From NCBI RefSeq assembly GCF_009914755.1, contig NC_060929.1: DNA of 64,000 nt; one strand, given 5' to 3'. This stretch comes from the human T2T-CHM13v2.0 reference genome, Homo sapiens. Under the pieces are notes generated by a model that made no database searches, was not told the origin of the DNA, and saw nothing but the letters and a program-made list of their open reading frames with translations. The translations under genes were made by a program, and so were the position numbers. Of the stretch, positions 14,111 through 27,968 are shown one piece after another. How positions within the stretch are numbered: the first letter of the stretch is position 1; every line of letters begins with the position of its first letter.

Positions 14111-15076
14111 ATACTTGAGATTCCTTTTCCATTGGATGTCTCAGACCTAAGACATGTTTGGACTTGCTAACTCATTCAGCAGCTGTTATATCACATGCCT
14201 ACAGCATGCCAGACACACTGCTAGACACAGGTATCCAAAGATGGACATGACACCTTCTCTGTTAGGAGGGAGGAGCTCACAGCCTAGAGGGTAGCATGGG
14301 CCTGTCCACAGGTGAACTACACTCCAGCTCTGTGTGCTGGTGCCAAGGTGTGAGATAGGTGCTGGGGAAACTCAGGAGGAGGACTGTGACTGCCTGGGAG
14401 GTGGGAAGAGAAGTGGGTTATCATTAGATAATGGATAGCAAAGGCTAGATAGCCTAAAGCTGCATGTTTTCTGTGCTGGTTACTTTTTAATTATAACTCT
14501 AGAATTGTTCCATTAAAGTTAATTGTTACCTAGAACAAGAGTTGTCATAATTTTAACAAGTGTGCCTTTAACATTTCAATTGCACATTAAAAATATTCCT
14601 CTATTATAGGGTCAACATTTTACAGAGCTATGTAAGTAAATATTATGTATAGTGATTTTAGTTTCTTATCAAAATATAAATATAAATATATATAAATATA
14701 ATTTTATTAAAAATATGTATAAATTTATTTTAACAGTTGCTATTGGCAAAGGGGAATAGACTTTTAGGTCAAAATAGCAATTTTCATTTGCTTTTAAGTT
14801 TTTGAGTTTTTAAAAAAATGTTTCTCAGAACATTTAACAAAGGCTTAACTATATACCATAGTAGGGACGTTTGGTTTTTGTATAAAAAGGAGATCACTGG
14901 GCCTCACTCAAGATTTCCTGAATTATAATGGTGGGGATAGGCATGACATGCAGGGATTTCTATTTTTAATAAACTCCCAAGTGATTTCTATTTACACTAA
15001 AGTTTGGGAACTACTGCTAAGGACAATATTGATTAAATGTGCATTTTTAAAATTGTTATTAACTTTTTAATAGTTA

Positions 15077-15372
15077 TGTTTTTGTTTTTGAGGCAAGGCC
15101 TTGCTCTGTCACCCAGGCTGGAGTGCAGTGGCGTGATCTGAGCTAACTACAACCTCTGCCTCCCGGGCTCCAGAGATCCTCCCACCTCAGCCTTCCAAGT
15201 AGCTGGGACTACAGGAGCACGCCACCAGGCCCAGCTAATTTTTGTATTTTTTGTAGAGATGGGGTTTTACCATGTTGCCCAGGCTAGTTTTGAACTCCTG
15301 GGCTCAAACAGTCCACCCACCTCATCCTTCCAGAGTGCTGGGATTATAGGCATGAGCCACTGTGCCTGGCCT
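15077..15372 (-). mobile_element. AluJ
   Basis: Antisense Alu with J-type gatcctcccacctcagcc and gaactcctgggctcaa. Confidence 0.9.
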
Positions 15373-15668
15373 TGTTTTTGTTTTTGTTTTGAAACAAGCT
15401 CTCACTCTGTCACCCAGGCTGGAATACAGTGGCACAATTACAGGTTGCTGCAGCCTGGACCTCCTGGGCTAAGGTGATCCTTACCCTCCCAAGTAACTAG
15501 GACTACAGTTGTGCGCCACCAGACCTGGCTAATTTTTTTTTTTTTTTTTTTTTTGAAAAGCCAGTCTCATTATGTTGCCCAGGCTGGTCTCGAACTCCTG
15601 GCCTCAAACTATCCTCCCACCTCAGCCTCTCAAAATGCTGGGACTACAAGAATGAGCCCCCATGCTCA
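15373..15668 (-). mobile_element. AluJ, directly adjacent to the previous Alu
   Basis: Antisense diverged Alu with an expanded central T tract. Confidence 0.88.
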
Positions 15669-15879
15669 AGCTTTTCTGTCATCTCTGTCAGCCCCTGAAG
15701 TATACTGCACTTTTTAAAATTCTCTAAGACAATGTAAAGGAATCCTGATTGTCCAAAATGTGCACAGTCTCCCTCTTCTCCCTTTTTTTATTTTGAAATA
15801 GAGCAAAATGCACAAAAAATAATTTGGAGCATACATACTTGTATGTTTTGCTATAATCTTTCATGTATATATTTATATG

Positions 15880-16450
15880 TGTGGGCATATTTATATAACA
15901 GCTAACATTTGTCAGTTTGTTCCTTATCCCCAAATGTTAACATTGGCATCCTCTTTTGGCACACCCTGTTCAGTTCCCTTTGCTCTCCAGTGGAAAGCAT
16001 TAACATGAATTTTAGCATATACCCTTTTGAACTATGTTTTGATACTTTAAAAGGGATTATTTTGTGTGTCCAAATATAGACGTCTGGTATTTGTATATGT
16101 GTTGTAATTTTCATAAATGCTATCAGGGTATACTCTAATTTTTCAGCTTGGGGTTTTCATTCAATTTTATTTTTTTGAGGTAAAAACTAGTTCATCTCTT
16201 TAAATGCTGTGTAAATATGCCACACGTTATTTATCCCTTTCCTCGTATTCCTAAGTGCACTGATAGGTGCTTAGAGTTGTTTCTAAGTTTTTACCATTAT
16301 AAGCAATGCTGCAGTGAACATCCTTGCAAACATCCTTTTGCACATGTGTGAGTTTTAGTAAGATGCATACCTACCTAGGAATGGAATTGCATAGTTTTTC
16401 TAGATAGTGCCACATTATTCTCTGTCATGACTGAATTGGCTTATATGCCT
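15880..16450 (-). mobile_element. Old L1 (L1ME-like) fragment
   Basis: ccattataagcaatgctgcagtgaacatccttg and cctaggaatggaattgc are antisense L1 3'-region motifs. Confidence 0.6.
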
Positions 16451-17606
16451 GATAGACTTTTCATTTTGGATCGATGGCTAGATATGGATACAGAATACTT
16501 CAGATGGCACTTAATGTGTCCCAGGCGGTGCTCTAAGTTCTGTGAATGCCTCAGGTATGTGGGCGCCAGTATTTCCCATTTACCATGAACTGTAAAAGAG
16601 TGGAGCAGGTTAGCTAAGCTACAGGTCTTGGAGTGGAGGCTGGTGGAATTGTGTTCCAGGCCAAGAATTGGAACAGCTTGGCTGAAGACCTGGAATATCA
16701 GGGAAGAAAAAGAACCCAGGAACTGAAGGATTAAATATCTTCATAGGATTACAGATGGGCTGATGTTGAACCACCCAGAGAGATCTGACATAGAAAACCC
16801 CAGCACCGGTTCTTCTCATTGTCCTCACTGGGGCTTTGGCAGGTCCTGCTTATGATAAAATGCAAAGGCTCTTAACCCTCTGCCACAAGCCTCCCTAAAA
16901 AGGGCTCTACCACCTCAGAAGCCAAGCAGCAGCAGACAGAACTCATAAAAGGCTCACCGTAGATGACTAGGACTAGGGCTCCTGGCTTAAGCAGGTCACC
17001 GTGGCTATGGGGTGCCACCATTTCTGGCTTGCACAGATGACAGGGCGCTGCCAGCGTCTTTGTGGAAAGTCTCTCTTGAGGATGGGTCTGAAATGTCTGA
17101 CTGTTGTGAGCAATTTCTAAAAGTAAACTGTGCAATCAAAGAGAAGTCTGTCTTTCTGACCTTGGGTCTGCATAGCTATTCGGACCACCTAGAGGGTTCG
17201 AAGGCCAAGAGTAGGGTGGGGCTGTAGCTGTTGGTGCCTAGGCTCTTCTTTTCTGGGATGCAGACTGAGCATATCTCCCCTCCCCCAACCCTGGTTTCCA
17301 GGAATCTCCTTAAGCCCCTGATTGCCTCTCACCTTTGCTGCCAGCCTCTAAAGGCCAGTTCATCTCTGCATGCCCTCTCCTATATTCTACCACCATTGAA
17401 ATGAACAAACTATTGTATTTTCTCACCTTCTGTGAGTGGACAGGAAGAAGGGAGGGAGGAAGCTAGCAGGCTAGTCAACCAAGAAAGAAAAACCTTAACA
17501 AAGTTTAGGTTCCTGCATTACCCAGCCAATCATGTTACGCTAACTCAATAAAAAATGAAGTTTCATTGCAGGGAAAGTAAGTCAGGACACCAAAATGATG
17601 TGTTAG

Positions 17607-17751
17607 CAGGGCTGGGCCTAGGGCGAGGCAGAAGAGACACCTGGGTGCAAAATTGAAGGAGGCAATAACCTGCAACCATCCCGAGAGTGAGTGAGGGCCT
17701 CTTTAAATGTGGCCTGGGTGTGTCTCCTGTCTAACTCTAGTCCTGCCCCTG
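17607..17751. mobile_element. MER96-like palindromic hAT MITE
   Basis: Imperfect terminal inverted repeats cagggctgggcctaggg...ctctagtcctgcccctg, with internal caaaattgaaggaggc / gcctctttaaatg inverted pair. Confidence 0.55.
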
Positions 17752-19509
17752 CTGGATTTCAATTCGGATTTTGGTTTTTTATTTTGGTCAGTATCCAGAC
17801 CTGAGTGTGTCCGTTTTATTCCCTCGGCTGTGGACACTGATGGACCGTGCTAGAGAAGAGATTGATTCAGTCTGCTTTTAGTTTGCCATCTCAGACTACA
17901 TCTGGAATTTTATAGCAGTTGGGCGGGGTGGGGGAGGTTTTCAGATAATAGTATTTTGTTTCAGAGAAAACTTTTCAGGAATGTGTCTTGCTGGTAAGCA
18001 GAGACAATTGACAATTGCTTCTCTCCTATTAACATCAATAATTTAAACCTGTCCTAGAACTTAAATTATAATTGAGGCAAGAGGCAGATATTCAGACATA
18101 TTCATTGAAAGCTGGCCTGTGTCCAACTGTGGTGAAATAAGACAGGTGGGTTTGATTGGCCTAAGAGGTGGAAAAATCAACTTTAGAGACTTTCTTAGCA
18201 TCTGAGCTCTTTGGGTTCTTAAATACTTTCTTGATGGCTGACTGGTGAAACCGGTGGTTATGGTAGCATCACTAAACATACATGGCATTTTTATTTCAAG
18301 AAACCAAACTTCCAGACATGCACCTGATATCTTGATTGTGCTCTGCAAATGCAGAGTAATTTCCAGCTGGATCAGTAAAGGATAATATTGGCTGTGGGAA
18401 AAGTGCTAGGATTATTACTTTATCTTATCATGTGTTTAACTTTTCCTTTGTTTTCACATAACTAGTCTGCAGAAGGCCTGTCTCTCCCTCCTTTAACTTG
18501 TGCTCTCTTGGGAGTGCTTACAAGCTTTGTCATGTCTGAGTGCAAAGTCAGTTTGGAAATGGTAGAGGGATGGGAGGGCACAAAGGATCTATAGAGTTGG
18601 GCAACCAAACAAGTTAGGTGGAGGAAGCCTATGAAACATTATTTTTCTCAGACATCTACTGTGAAGTAAGCGCTTTCTCCTTTGGAGACTGCTAGAGCAG
18701 AAACCTCCCCATTTTTCTCCTTCTCTGTTTCCAGCGTCCTCTATGTGTCTATAAACACCTTTGCTACCAGGCTACGATTCTTTGGTCTTTGTAGTCGGCA
18801 CGGGAGAAAGGCAGGCAGGGAGATCACCCAGGAAGCTCCCTTTGCCTTTTCAGAGTTAACGGTGCTGTGCAGCTGATTTGATTATTACATTTAACTGAAA
18901 AAACCTGCAGGGTGTGCCAGACACGGGACAACCAGCCTGGTATTGTCGGCCCCATACAAACCCTTCTCACTGTCAGACCGGATTAAACGAACATGTTTTT
19001 AAATATATTTACCTTGTTCAGGTCTTGGAGCAAGCACTTGCTTCATCTCAATGACTCCTTGGGATATTGTTATGTGTACATTGGACCTATTTTACCTGTG
19101 GACTCGTTTCCCTATAGCCTTAGCATGGTAACATTGGTGGAAATTGATCCAGTGGTGCAGCGTGCCTAGGGAAAGTGAGCTTGTTTGACAGAAGCTTTGC
19201 AGGGCCTAGGGAGAATCTAGAGATAGATGAGATGCAGGATTCTCCTGGTGCCCAAAGCCTAGGCTCATGTTGCCTCACGTGGTCTTCTCCCTCTTTAAAA
19301 GACCAAGCCAGCTGTCACATAGCTCCAGAGCATCTGGATGGGGAGGATATACTGGGGAGCCTCAGGAGTATGACCTACCTCTGGATAGTGGGGGACCTTA
19401 CACTATTCAAACACAAGTTCAGATGGCCATTCTAGTAGGTGAGTCCTGGTCACTCTTTTGCCTATAAGATGGGAGCTGACCTTTATATGTAGGACTGCTA
19501 GGAGCCTTT

Positions 19510-20720
19510 CACTTATTCATTCTTCAAATATGGGGATGCCTATTATATACCAAGTGCTATTCTAGGCATGGGGATATAGCAGTGCCCAAGACAGAGTCCC
19601 TGCTGTCTTAGAGCTTAAATTTAAATTGAGGCAAGATGCAGATATTTGCACATATTCATTGAGTACCTACTCCGGATTTACGACCTGTGAATACAGTGGT
19701 AAATTTTTTTAAAAAATAGAAGTATAGACTAAATCCATTATAAAGATAATTTCAGGTGGTGGTAAGTGCCCTCAGGTAAGAGTAAGCCCAAGTATTGAGG
19801 ATGGACAAGGAGCTGTGTTAGGCCAAGTGGTCAGGGAAGGCTCTCTGAGGAGGTAGCATTTAAGCCATGACCTGAATGAAGTGAGAGAGCAAAGCCCTGT
19901 GAAGAGGTAGAGGAAGGTTCCTCCAGGAAGAGGGAACAGCAAGTGCAAAAACCCTGGGAAAGGCACCTGCTTGGTGTGGAAACACCCTGGGCGTGGTCAC
20001 GGAACAGTAAGATCTGTGTGGTACAAGCTGAGTTTGCAGAGCTAAGCAGGGGCCAGATGAAGTGGTAGCTTGGGGACCTCAGGAAGAAGTTTGAATTCTG
20101 TTCTAATTGTAATGGGGAGCCACTGGAGGGTTCTGAGGGTGTGAATGGCACAATCTGTGGTGAGGGTGTTTCTTTTCCCAAGGACACCCAGTTGCTCTAT
20201 GGCAAATGAGCTGAACAGGAGCTAGTGTGGTGTTGGGGAGGCTGAAGCAGTAGTGCAGATGAAAGACACTGGGGCCTGGACTAGGGTAGTAGTGGTGGAA
20301 ATGCTGAACAGTGGGCACATTTGGGATATATTTTTAAAGATAAGGCCAACAGGATTAACCAATGAGCTAGATGTGATATGTGTAGGGAAGGGGGATAAAG
20401 GATGACTCCTGGGTTTTTGGCCTTCACTGGGGGAGAAACGGAGGTCTTGTCTTGTTTTATTGTTGTGGTGGAGTGGGTGGGTGTTGGGGTAAAGACACCA
20501 AAAGTTCTACTGAGAGCTCTCAGCATACAGATTATTCTTTCTTGTATATCAACCACAGGACTGATGAGATCACTGAGGGCAGGTCTGTGGATAGAGGAGG
20601 AGAGGAGCCAGGACAGAGTCCTGGGGCTCTACAGCATTTAGAAGTGGGAAGAGGAGGGTCTGGCAGTGAAGATGGGAAGGAACAGCCTGGGATCAGAGCA
20701 GAGCCTTTGGCTGTATTCTA
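19510..20720 (-). mobile_element. L2 LINE fragments
   Basis: ttattcattcttcaaata, gtggtcagggaaggctctctgaggagg and gatgactcctgggtttttggcc are antisense L2 motifs. Confidence 0.75.
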
Positions 20721-20864
20721 GTCAGGACTCACACCATAGAGAATAAAATAAAATCAAACTCTGGAAGACTAAGCACGCTGTTTGGGGAATATATTACTTG
20801 GTTGCTTTAAGACAATGACCTATGTTTTCCATTGATGTAATTGGAAATGGCACAGTTTTGAAGA

Positions 20865-21105
20865 GTGGAAGTCCTGGAGTCAAACAGACCTGAGTTCAAA
20901 TTCCATTTATAGCACTTACCAGCTGGGGGACCTCCAGAAAATTACCTACCATCCGAAGACGGTGAAAACAGAGGTGTCCTTGTTTATAAAATGGGAAGAA
21001 TAATAGGATCCATCTCAGAGTCAGTGTTGTCAAGATTGAGTTGATGCATGCAAAGTGCATATCCAGTTTCTGGCATGGAGTAAGGGCTTAAAAATGGTAG
21101 CTTTT
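20865..21105 (+). mobile_element. MIR SINE
   Basis: ctggagtcaaacagacctgagttcaaattcc...ataaaatgggaagaataatagg MIR core. Confidence 0.65.
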
Positions 21106-21516
<411 letters not shown>

Positions 21517-21809
21517 TTATAACTTCTGTTTAGTATCTGTTGCTGGCTCTTAGCATAGTGATAATGCCGTGATTGCTTCAGCCTTGACACTTGTCCCACC
21601 CCCCAAGACAATAATTATGTCACCCTGGAGGTGTTAGGAAAAATTCTTCTAGGATGAATGAATTGAGCATTCTCTCTGGACTGTCACAAAAATATGGAGT
21701 TGTGTTTACTGTTCCCATCCAGAAAGAAATGCTCTCATCACTATCTGTCCCTGCTCAGAAGTCATGAGGAATAACAATTTATGCCCAAGAATTTATGAGG
21801 AACATAAAA

Positions 21810-22060
21810 AATAATAAAATTAGTTTGAATTTGTTGAAAACCTGTTATATGTCAGGTGCTTTAGATATCTGGTATCTACTATCATTGCAGAAGTCCCCAA
21901 AAGCAAAAATTGGGATTTTTAATTTACAGAGGAGAACACTGAGATTCAAAGTTACATACCTTGCCCAAAGTCACACTGCTACCAAGTTTCAAAGTCAAGA
22001 ATTGTATTCATGTTTCTGGCTGAGTCTTGAGCCTATTTTGTTCTCACTATACTGTAGCCG
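21810..22060 (-). mobile_element. MIR SINE
   Basis: tttacagaggagaacactgagattcaaag...cttgcccaaagtcacac antisense MIR core. Confidence 0.65.
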
Positions 22061-22871
22061 CACATAAGCGTAATTACAGATCTGAAACCAAGAAGATGGG
22101 AGTTGTATATAGCTCACTTTAGACATACCTCTCCTTCTAAAGTATTTTATTTCTCTTTGAATTTCATAAAATAAGATTATTCATTTTCAAATCACAAAAG
22201 CCTAACTGATGTTTTCCCATGGCTTCTGTTTAAAAGAGTTTTCCTTTTCTACAGAACGTCACGGGTTTTTGAGTTTAAAAATGAAGGGAAGAGGTTGATG
22301 TAGCTCATTTTTATTTTGGTATTCATAGCTAAATATCATATTCTTTAAGCAAAGATTGTCACTGTAGAGTGACATTTTGCATTTTGCTGGACCATATCGA
22401 TGAGTTAGAGCTACCAAGAATCTCAGCCGAGTATAATACAGCAGTCGAAGGCAGTCTCTATGTATCTTGGGGAAGCTAGAGCTGGAGACTTTTTCTTCGT
22501 CTTCTTCCTTTTTCTTTTTCCCATTAGTCACAGGTGTCATTGTTTCCTAGCTATGAGCTAGTTTACATTATTAGGCCACGGATCACTTCCTCTGGAAACT
22601 GGTTTACCATGCAGATATGATCCTAAAATTCCGGCTGTATTTCTGCTCAAGCATACATCGCAGTAACCGGCCTAATGATCAGTTTTACTCCTGCCAAATT
22701 TATCTTTGTCTCGTTTTCTCCCCCTTTGCTCCACTCAGGCATACCTTGTGAGATGAGAGAGCAAGTCTTATGTCTCTTAATATCTCCAGCATCCATTCTG
22801 TTGACCACATCATAAGAGCACAGTAAATATTTTTTGAGTGGAGAAGAATTTCCTGTTTAAGCTTTTTTACT

Positions 22872-23172
22872 TCTTTTTGTTGTTGTTTGGAGACAGAGTT
22901 TCGCTCTTTTTGCCCAGGCTGAAGTGCAGGGACACAATCTTGGCTCAATGCAATCTCCGCCTCCTGGGTTCAAGCGATGCTCCTGCCTCAGCCTTCCAAG
23001 TAGCTGTGATTACAGGCACCTGCCACTACACCCGGCTAATTTTTGCATTTTTAGTAGAGATAGGGTTTCACCATGTTGCCCAGGCTGGTCTCAAACTCCT
23101 GAACTCAGGTGATCCATCCACCTCTGCCTCCCAAAATGCTGGGATTATAGGCATGAGCCACTGCACCCAGCT
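22872..23172 (-). mobile_element. AluS
   Basis: Full antisense dimer. Confidence 0.95.
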
Positions 23173-24137
23173 GCTTTTTTATTTCTTAACTCCGATTCAA
23201 TATATCTTTCTCCCATCTTATATCTCAGACTTATCCCTCTAATAAGAAAACCTTGAGATACTTCATTTGCAAAGGTTGAGTTTCAAGTCATTATATTACG
23301 TGTCATAAAAATTAAGGCATGATTTTAGAGCAAACAGTGTTCTTCAAGATAAGAGGAGACACTCTTTAGTTCTTTCCACTTTAAAGCATCTGCAGGCTCT
23401 CGCCGTCCACGTCATTGACTTTTATATGATGCCACCAGCTCATCCGGATGCATTCAAAGTGTGGTCAAAACTATAATTGAGTGGGAATTTAACAACCTTC
23501 AAAAGACTCTGCCTTAATGACCCGACTGTAGGGGACAGATTAATTTTCAGTAAGATTTGGGATCATAACTGTGGTCACAGTATTCCCTGCCATTAAAACT
23601 TAATCCTAGTTTAAAAAATTAAAAAATAAGTTTTTCACTATATGCTATTAAAATAGAAAAAAGAGAACAAGAACCAGACAGATTTAGCTGTCTGTGCCCA
23701 GCCATGAGCTCTAGATTCTCATCACTCTGTGCTGATTGATTGGCAATGGCTCATAGAAATGAATTTGGAATGCATGGAAAAGCTGCTCACCCTCTTTTTG
23801 TTCCCTTGAGCGGAATGCATGGGGTGCTTATGGGAAATCTGGCAGAAGAGCAGGGGAAGGTTTATGGCCTGAGTTTCCACAGATTTGGAGGGAGGCGTGT
23901 TTTTAACCAAAAGGGAGCCCTGCCCTTTTTACTGCCCTACTTACAGGGAACTCTGCCCTCTCCAGCGTGGCATACAAAGACATCTTGTGATCTGGACACT
24001 GCTTCCTCTCCAGCCTCGCCTGTCTCCACTCCATGCCAAAGGCTCGCTGCTTTGGGAATAACCAGCTGCTTGTAGGGCACACAGTCACACCTCTTTGCCT
24101 TTGCTTATGCCAACATCTCCGTTAGAAATACTTTCTC

Positions 24138-24549
<412 letters not shown>

Positions 24550-25696
24550 TTAGAGGACAAGCTTCTTGATGATAGGCCCCAGTGTCTATCACATCATTTG
24601 TCCCACTCGGCCTGGCCTGCAGTAGGTGCTTCATAGAACATCCTCTGGTGGCAGATAGTAGGGGAGACATTCACCAGTTAGTCTCATATACATATGTGAT
24701 GAAAAACAGAGGCAGAGCATAGGGTCTCTAATTTGGGGATAGGGGAGGTGGGTAATGTAAAGAAATTGAGAAATTAGTTGAGAAAAAAGAGGGGGACAAG
24801 AGGGAAGAGAGTTCCAGTTAATGGCATGTGTGAAGGCAAGCAGTGTCACAGGAGTACAGAGAGGAAAAGGTCAAGGTACAGATTAGCTTAGGAGAACGCG
24901 ACAGAGGCAATAATGTAACTGCATATGATGATGAATTTTTAAGCCAGATAATTAGTCTGAGTTTTATAACTAGGCAGGCAACACTGAAAGTCAGAGCTGA
25001 CTCTATTCATGCTGTCCCTGTCCCAGACTTTGAGGATAGCGGCAGCAGATGCAGAGCGCTCCACAGCATTGGTTCAGTTAAACCAAGTGTTTATCCATCT
25101 GGTTGGATTTGAGTGAGTGCCAAAAGTTAGCTGAGGATTCCCAGCCCTGAAGTGGCTGTGGGTACGAGGAAGGAAACAAACCTCCTTAACCGAAAGAATG
25201 TCCTGAATTTCAAACTCATTGGAAACCATCTTGGTTGCTCAGATTGTCTTACTTTTTAAAAAATGGTTTCTTATAATATTTAAATAGTTTTAGCTACATT
25301 TTCCCTATTATGCAAGGAAAGGTTTGACTTCCTAAGGCTGATAGATTTCCCATTAATAATTTTTTTCACAAAGAAACAAGGCAAAACCCTTGTTTTTATC
25401 CTAGTCTTTGACTGTCAGAGCTGGCCTTTCAGGGTTCCTTATGGTATCTGCTAATGGTGGCTTCTATCACCTGTAAAAGAACAGGAGTTGATCAGATCTT
25501 GTCATCAGATATGATGATAAGAAAAATGTTGGAAGAATGTTTTTCTCTCCAGAGTATCTGGAAAAAGAATTATTCCAGATGGCTATATTAAGTTGCATAT
25601 AGCCATTCAAGGAACTAGAAAACTTCCAGTCCCCTCTGGCATTACTAAAATGACACAAACCCATTGTTGATCATTTTTCTAGAATTTTGACTGTGG

Positions 25697-25944
25697 GGGA
25701 AATAAACTTGGGCCTCCATCTTTATTTTTAGAGTCTTATACAAGCAACTTTTGCCAGCACACTTGGTTGGGTTCCTGAAGAGATGAGAAAGTAAGAAGTT
25801 GCTTCAACGAGCCATAAATTGGGAAATAAACTTGGGACTCCATCTTTATTTTTAGTGTATCATGTAAGCAAGTTTTGCCAGCATACTTGTTTGGGTCCCT
25901 GAATAGATGAGAAAGTAAGAAATGACTTCAAGGAGCCATAAATT
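25697..25944 (+). repeat. 124-bp tandem duplication of apparently unique sequence
   Basis: Copies at 25697-25820 and 25821-25944, each gggaaataaacttggg...gagccataaatt. 15 mismatches by manual count, no indels. Confidence 0.92.
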
Positions 25945-27008
25945 CTAATCCTGGGTTCCTTTCACCTTGGACATTCTAGTCTGAAGAGTGAAATGCTCAC
26001 TGCTCTAGGGTTTATTAGCTGGAGATTGAGCCAGTCTGCCTTGTATTAGTCAAGATGTTTTCTGTCTTTCTTAGCACTTAAGGCTGCTGGTGAGATGCTT
26101 TGGCTATAAATTTTCTTGTCCAGCCTAAGTCCACATCTTGAGTCTTCCCTCTCGCTCAGGGGTCTTATTACTACAGAACTAACTTTAGTTGATATGGAGG
26201 GGGGCCACTGGACATGACTGGTTCTTCCAGCACTCAGATATCCATGAATGTCTGCAGCCACATTAAAGTTTTGGATCCTCCCCGCCTACCCCCTACCTCC
26301 ACTGTCTCAAATATTTATTGATATCGCCCATTTGGTGCAGCTCCCGCAATTCAGTCTGCTGAGTTTTACGAGCTTGCTAGATCATGTTCCAAAAAGATTC
26401 CCAAGCACTAAAGTGTTTGCCAGGGTCCTTGACATTGTGACTCATGTGTGTTATCAGGGGCCTCAAATATACTATGCCTTAAGATTTGTGCAGAATTCAG
26501 AGTGTAGTCACTACCTCTTTAGAGTCCAGACTTCTCTGCTAATGAGGACCTGCTGAGGCATCAAGACATTAAATATGATTCCTTACATGCATTCAAATTA
26601 AGGTGTTGTAAGCCTCCCCTGTTTTCTCACACTGTGGGAAGCCAGAGCTGTTGCCACTTGTGCTATAAGAACTTGGTTCTTTCATTGGAATTAAAGGAAT
26701 TTGCCCTTCAGCAACTATAAAAGGATGAGTATCTAACTGTTGTGTTTGTTTGGAAAGCAGTTTAGTGCCAGACAGGCATGCCTAATAGAGTTCAGGAGAC
26801 TGCAGTCCCTCCTAACCCTTTTGTTTACTCATGGCCAAATTTAGTATATGCCAGCCCCTAACATCTGGCACTGTGCTCCCCATACCCTCTCCATTGCAGC
26901 CATAGTAGCCTTCGAGTTCTTCAGACATGCTCTCCTCCTCTGACCCTAGGGCTTTTGTCTGTTACCTATGCCAGAATACTCCTCCTCATCTAATTAACCC
27001 TGGCCCAT

Positions 27009-27010
<2 letters not shown>

Positions 27011-27041
<31 letters not shown>

Positions 27042-27326
27042 AGACGGAGTTTTGCTCTTGTTGCCCAGGCTGGAGTGCAATGGTGCGATCTCGGCTCACC
27101 GTCCACAACCTCCGCCTCCCAGGTTCAAGTGATTCTTCTGCCTCAGCCTCCCGAGTAGCTGGGATTACAGGCATGTGCCACCACGCCTGGCTAATTTTGT
27201 ATTTTTAGTAGAGACGGGGTTTCTCCATGTTGGTCAGGCTGGTCTCGAACTCCTGACCTCAGGTGATACACCCGCCTCGGCCTCCCAAAGTGCTGGGATT
27301 ACAGGCATGAGCCACCACGCCTGGCC
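27011..27326 (-). mobile_element. AluSp-like within L2 remnants
   Basis: gctcttgttgccc and ggtttctccatgttggtcagg diagnostics. TSD cctggcccattcttt on both sides. Confidence 0.93.
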
Positions 27327-27968
27327 TATCCTGGCCCATTCTTTAGAAGAGTGAGTCCTTCTCAAACATGAATCACCTGGGAAGCTTGTTAAAATGCAGG
27401 TTCTTCATTAGGGCTGGAAGGGTCCTGGGATGTGGCACTTCTAAAAGGTCTCACATAAAGCTGGTGCTACTGTTCCTCACGGAATCCTTCCCTAGTCTTC
27501 AGTTAAGTCAAAAGTTCCCCATTTTATGTGCTTCTGAGATTATATATCTGTCCTTCATAGGGCATTCTTCACAATTGCATATTTCCTTTTACTTGTGCCA
27601 TTTTCTGATTAATGTTCATCATTTACACTAAACTGTAAGCCCTATGTGTGCAGTGACCACCTGTGATCTTTGCTCACGCTTTTGTTTTCAGAACTTGTTA
27701 TAGTGGGACATATACGGTTGTACTATATATGTACTAGGATATACAGGTGAGTAGATGATGGTTGTATTGGCTGTTGACAGAATGGTTAAATATGTTGTTC
27801 TGAGATGCCATGATGATCATAAAACTCAGGGGTTTGGACCAAATTGTTAAAAAAAAAAAGTGGTTATGTCTTTATTATTTTCAAGGTAAGGACCTCCTAT
27901 AACATTTAAATTTCATGTGAAGCAGAAAGAACCCAAGATAATCTGAGACTGAAAAAAACTCATGATAA

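Noticed and set aside
24636-24655. CTCF-like ccaccagagg on the minus strand
   Set aside because: The 3' GGC part of the core motif is mismatched, so it is too weak to call.
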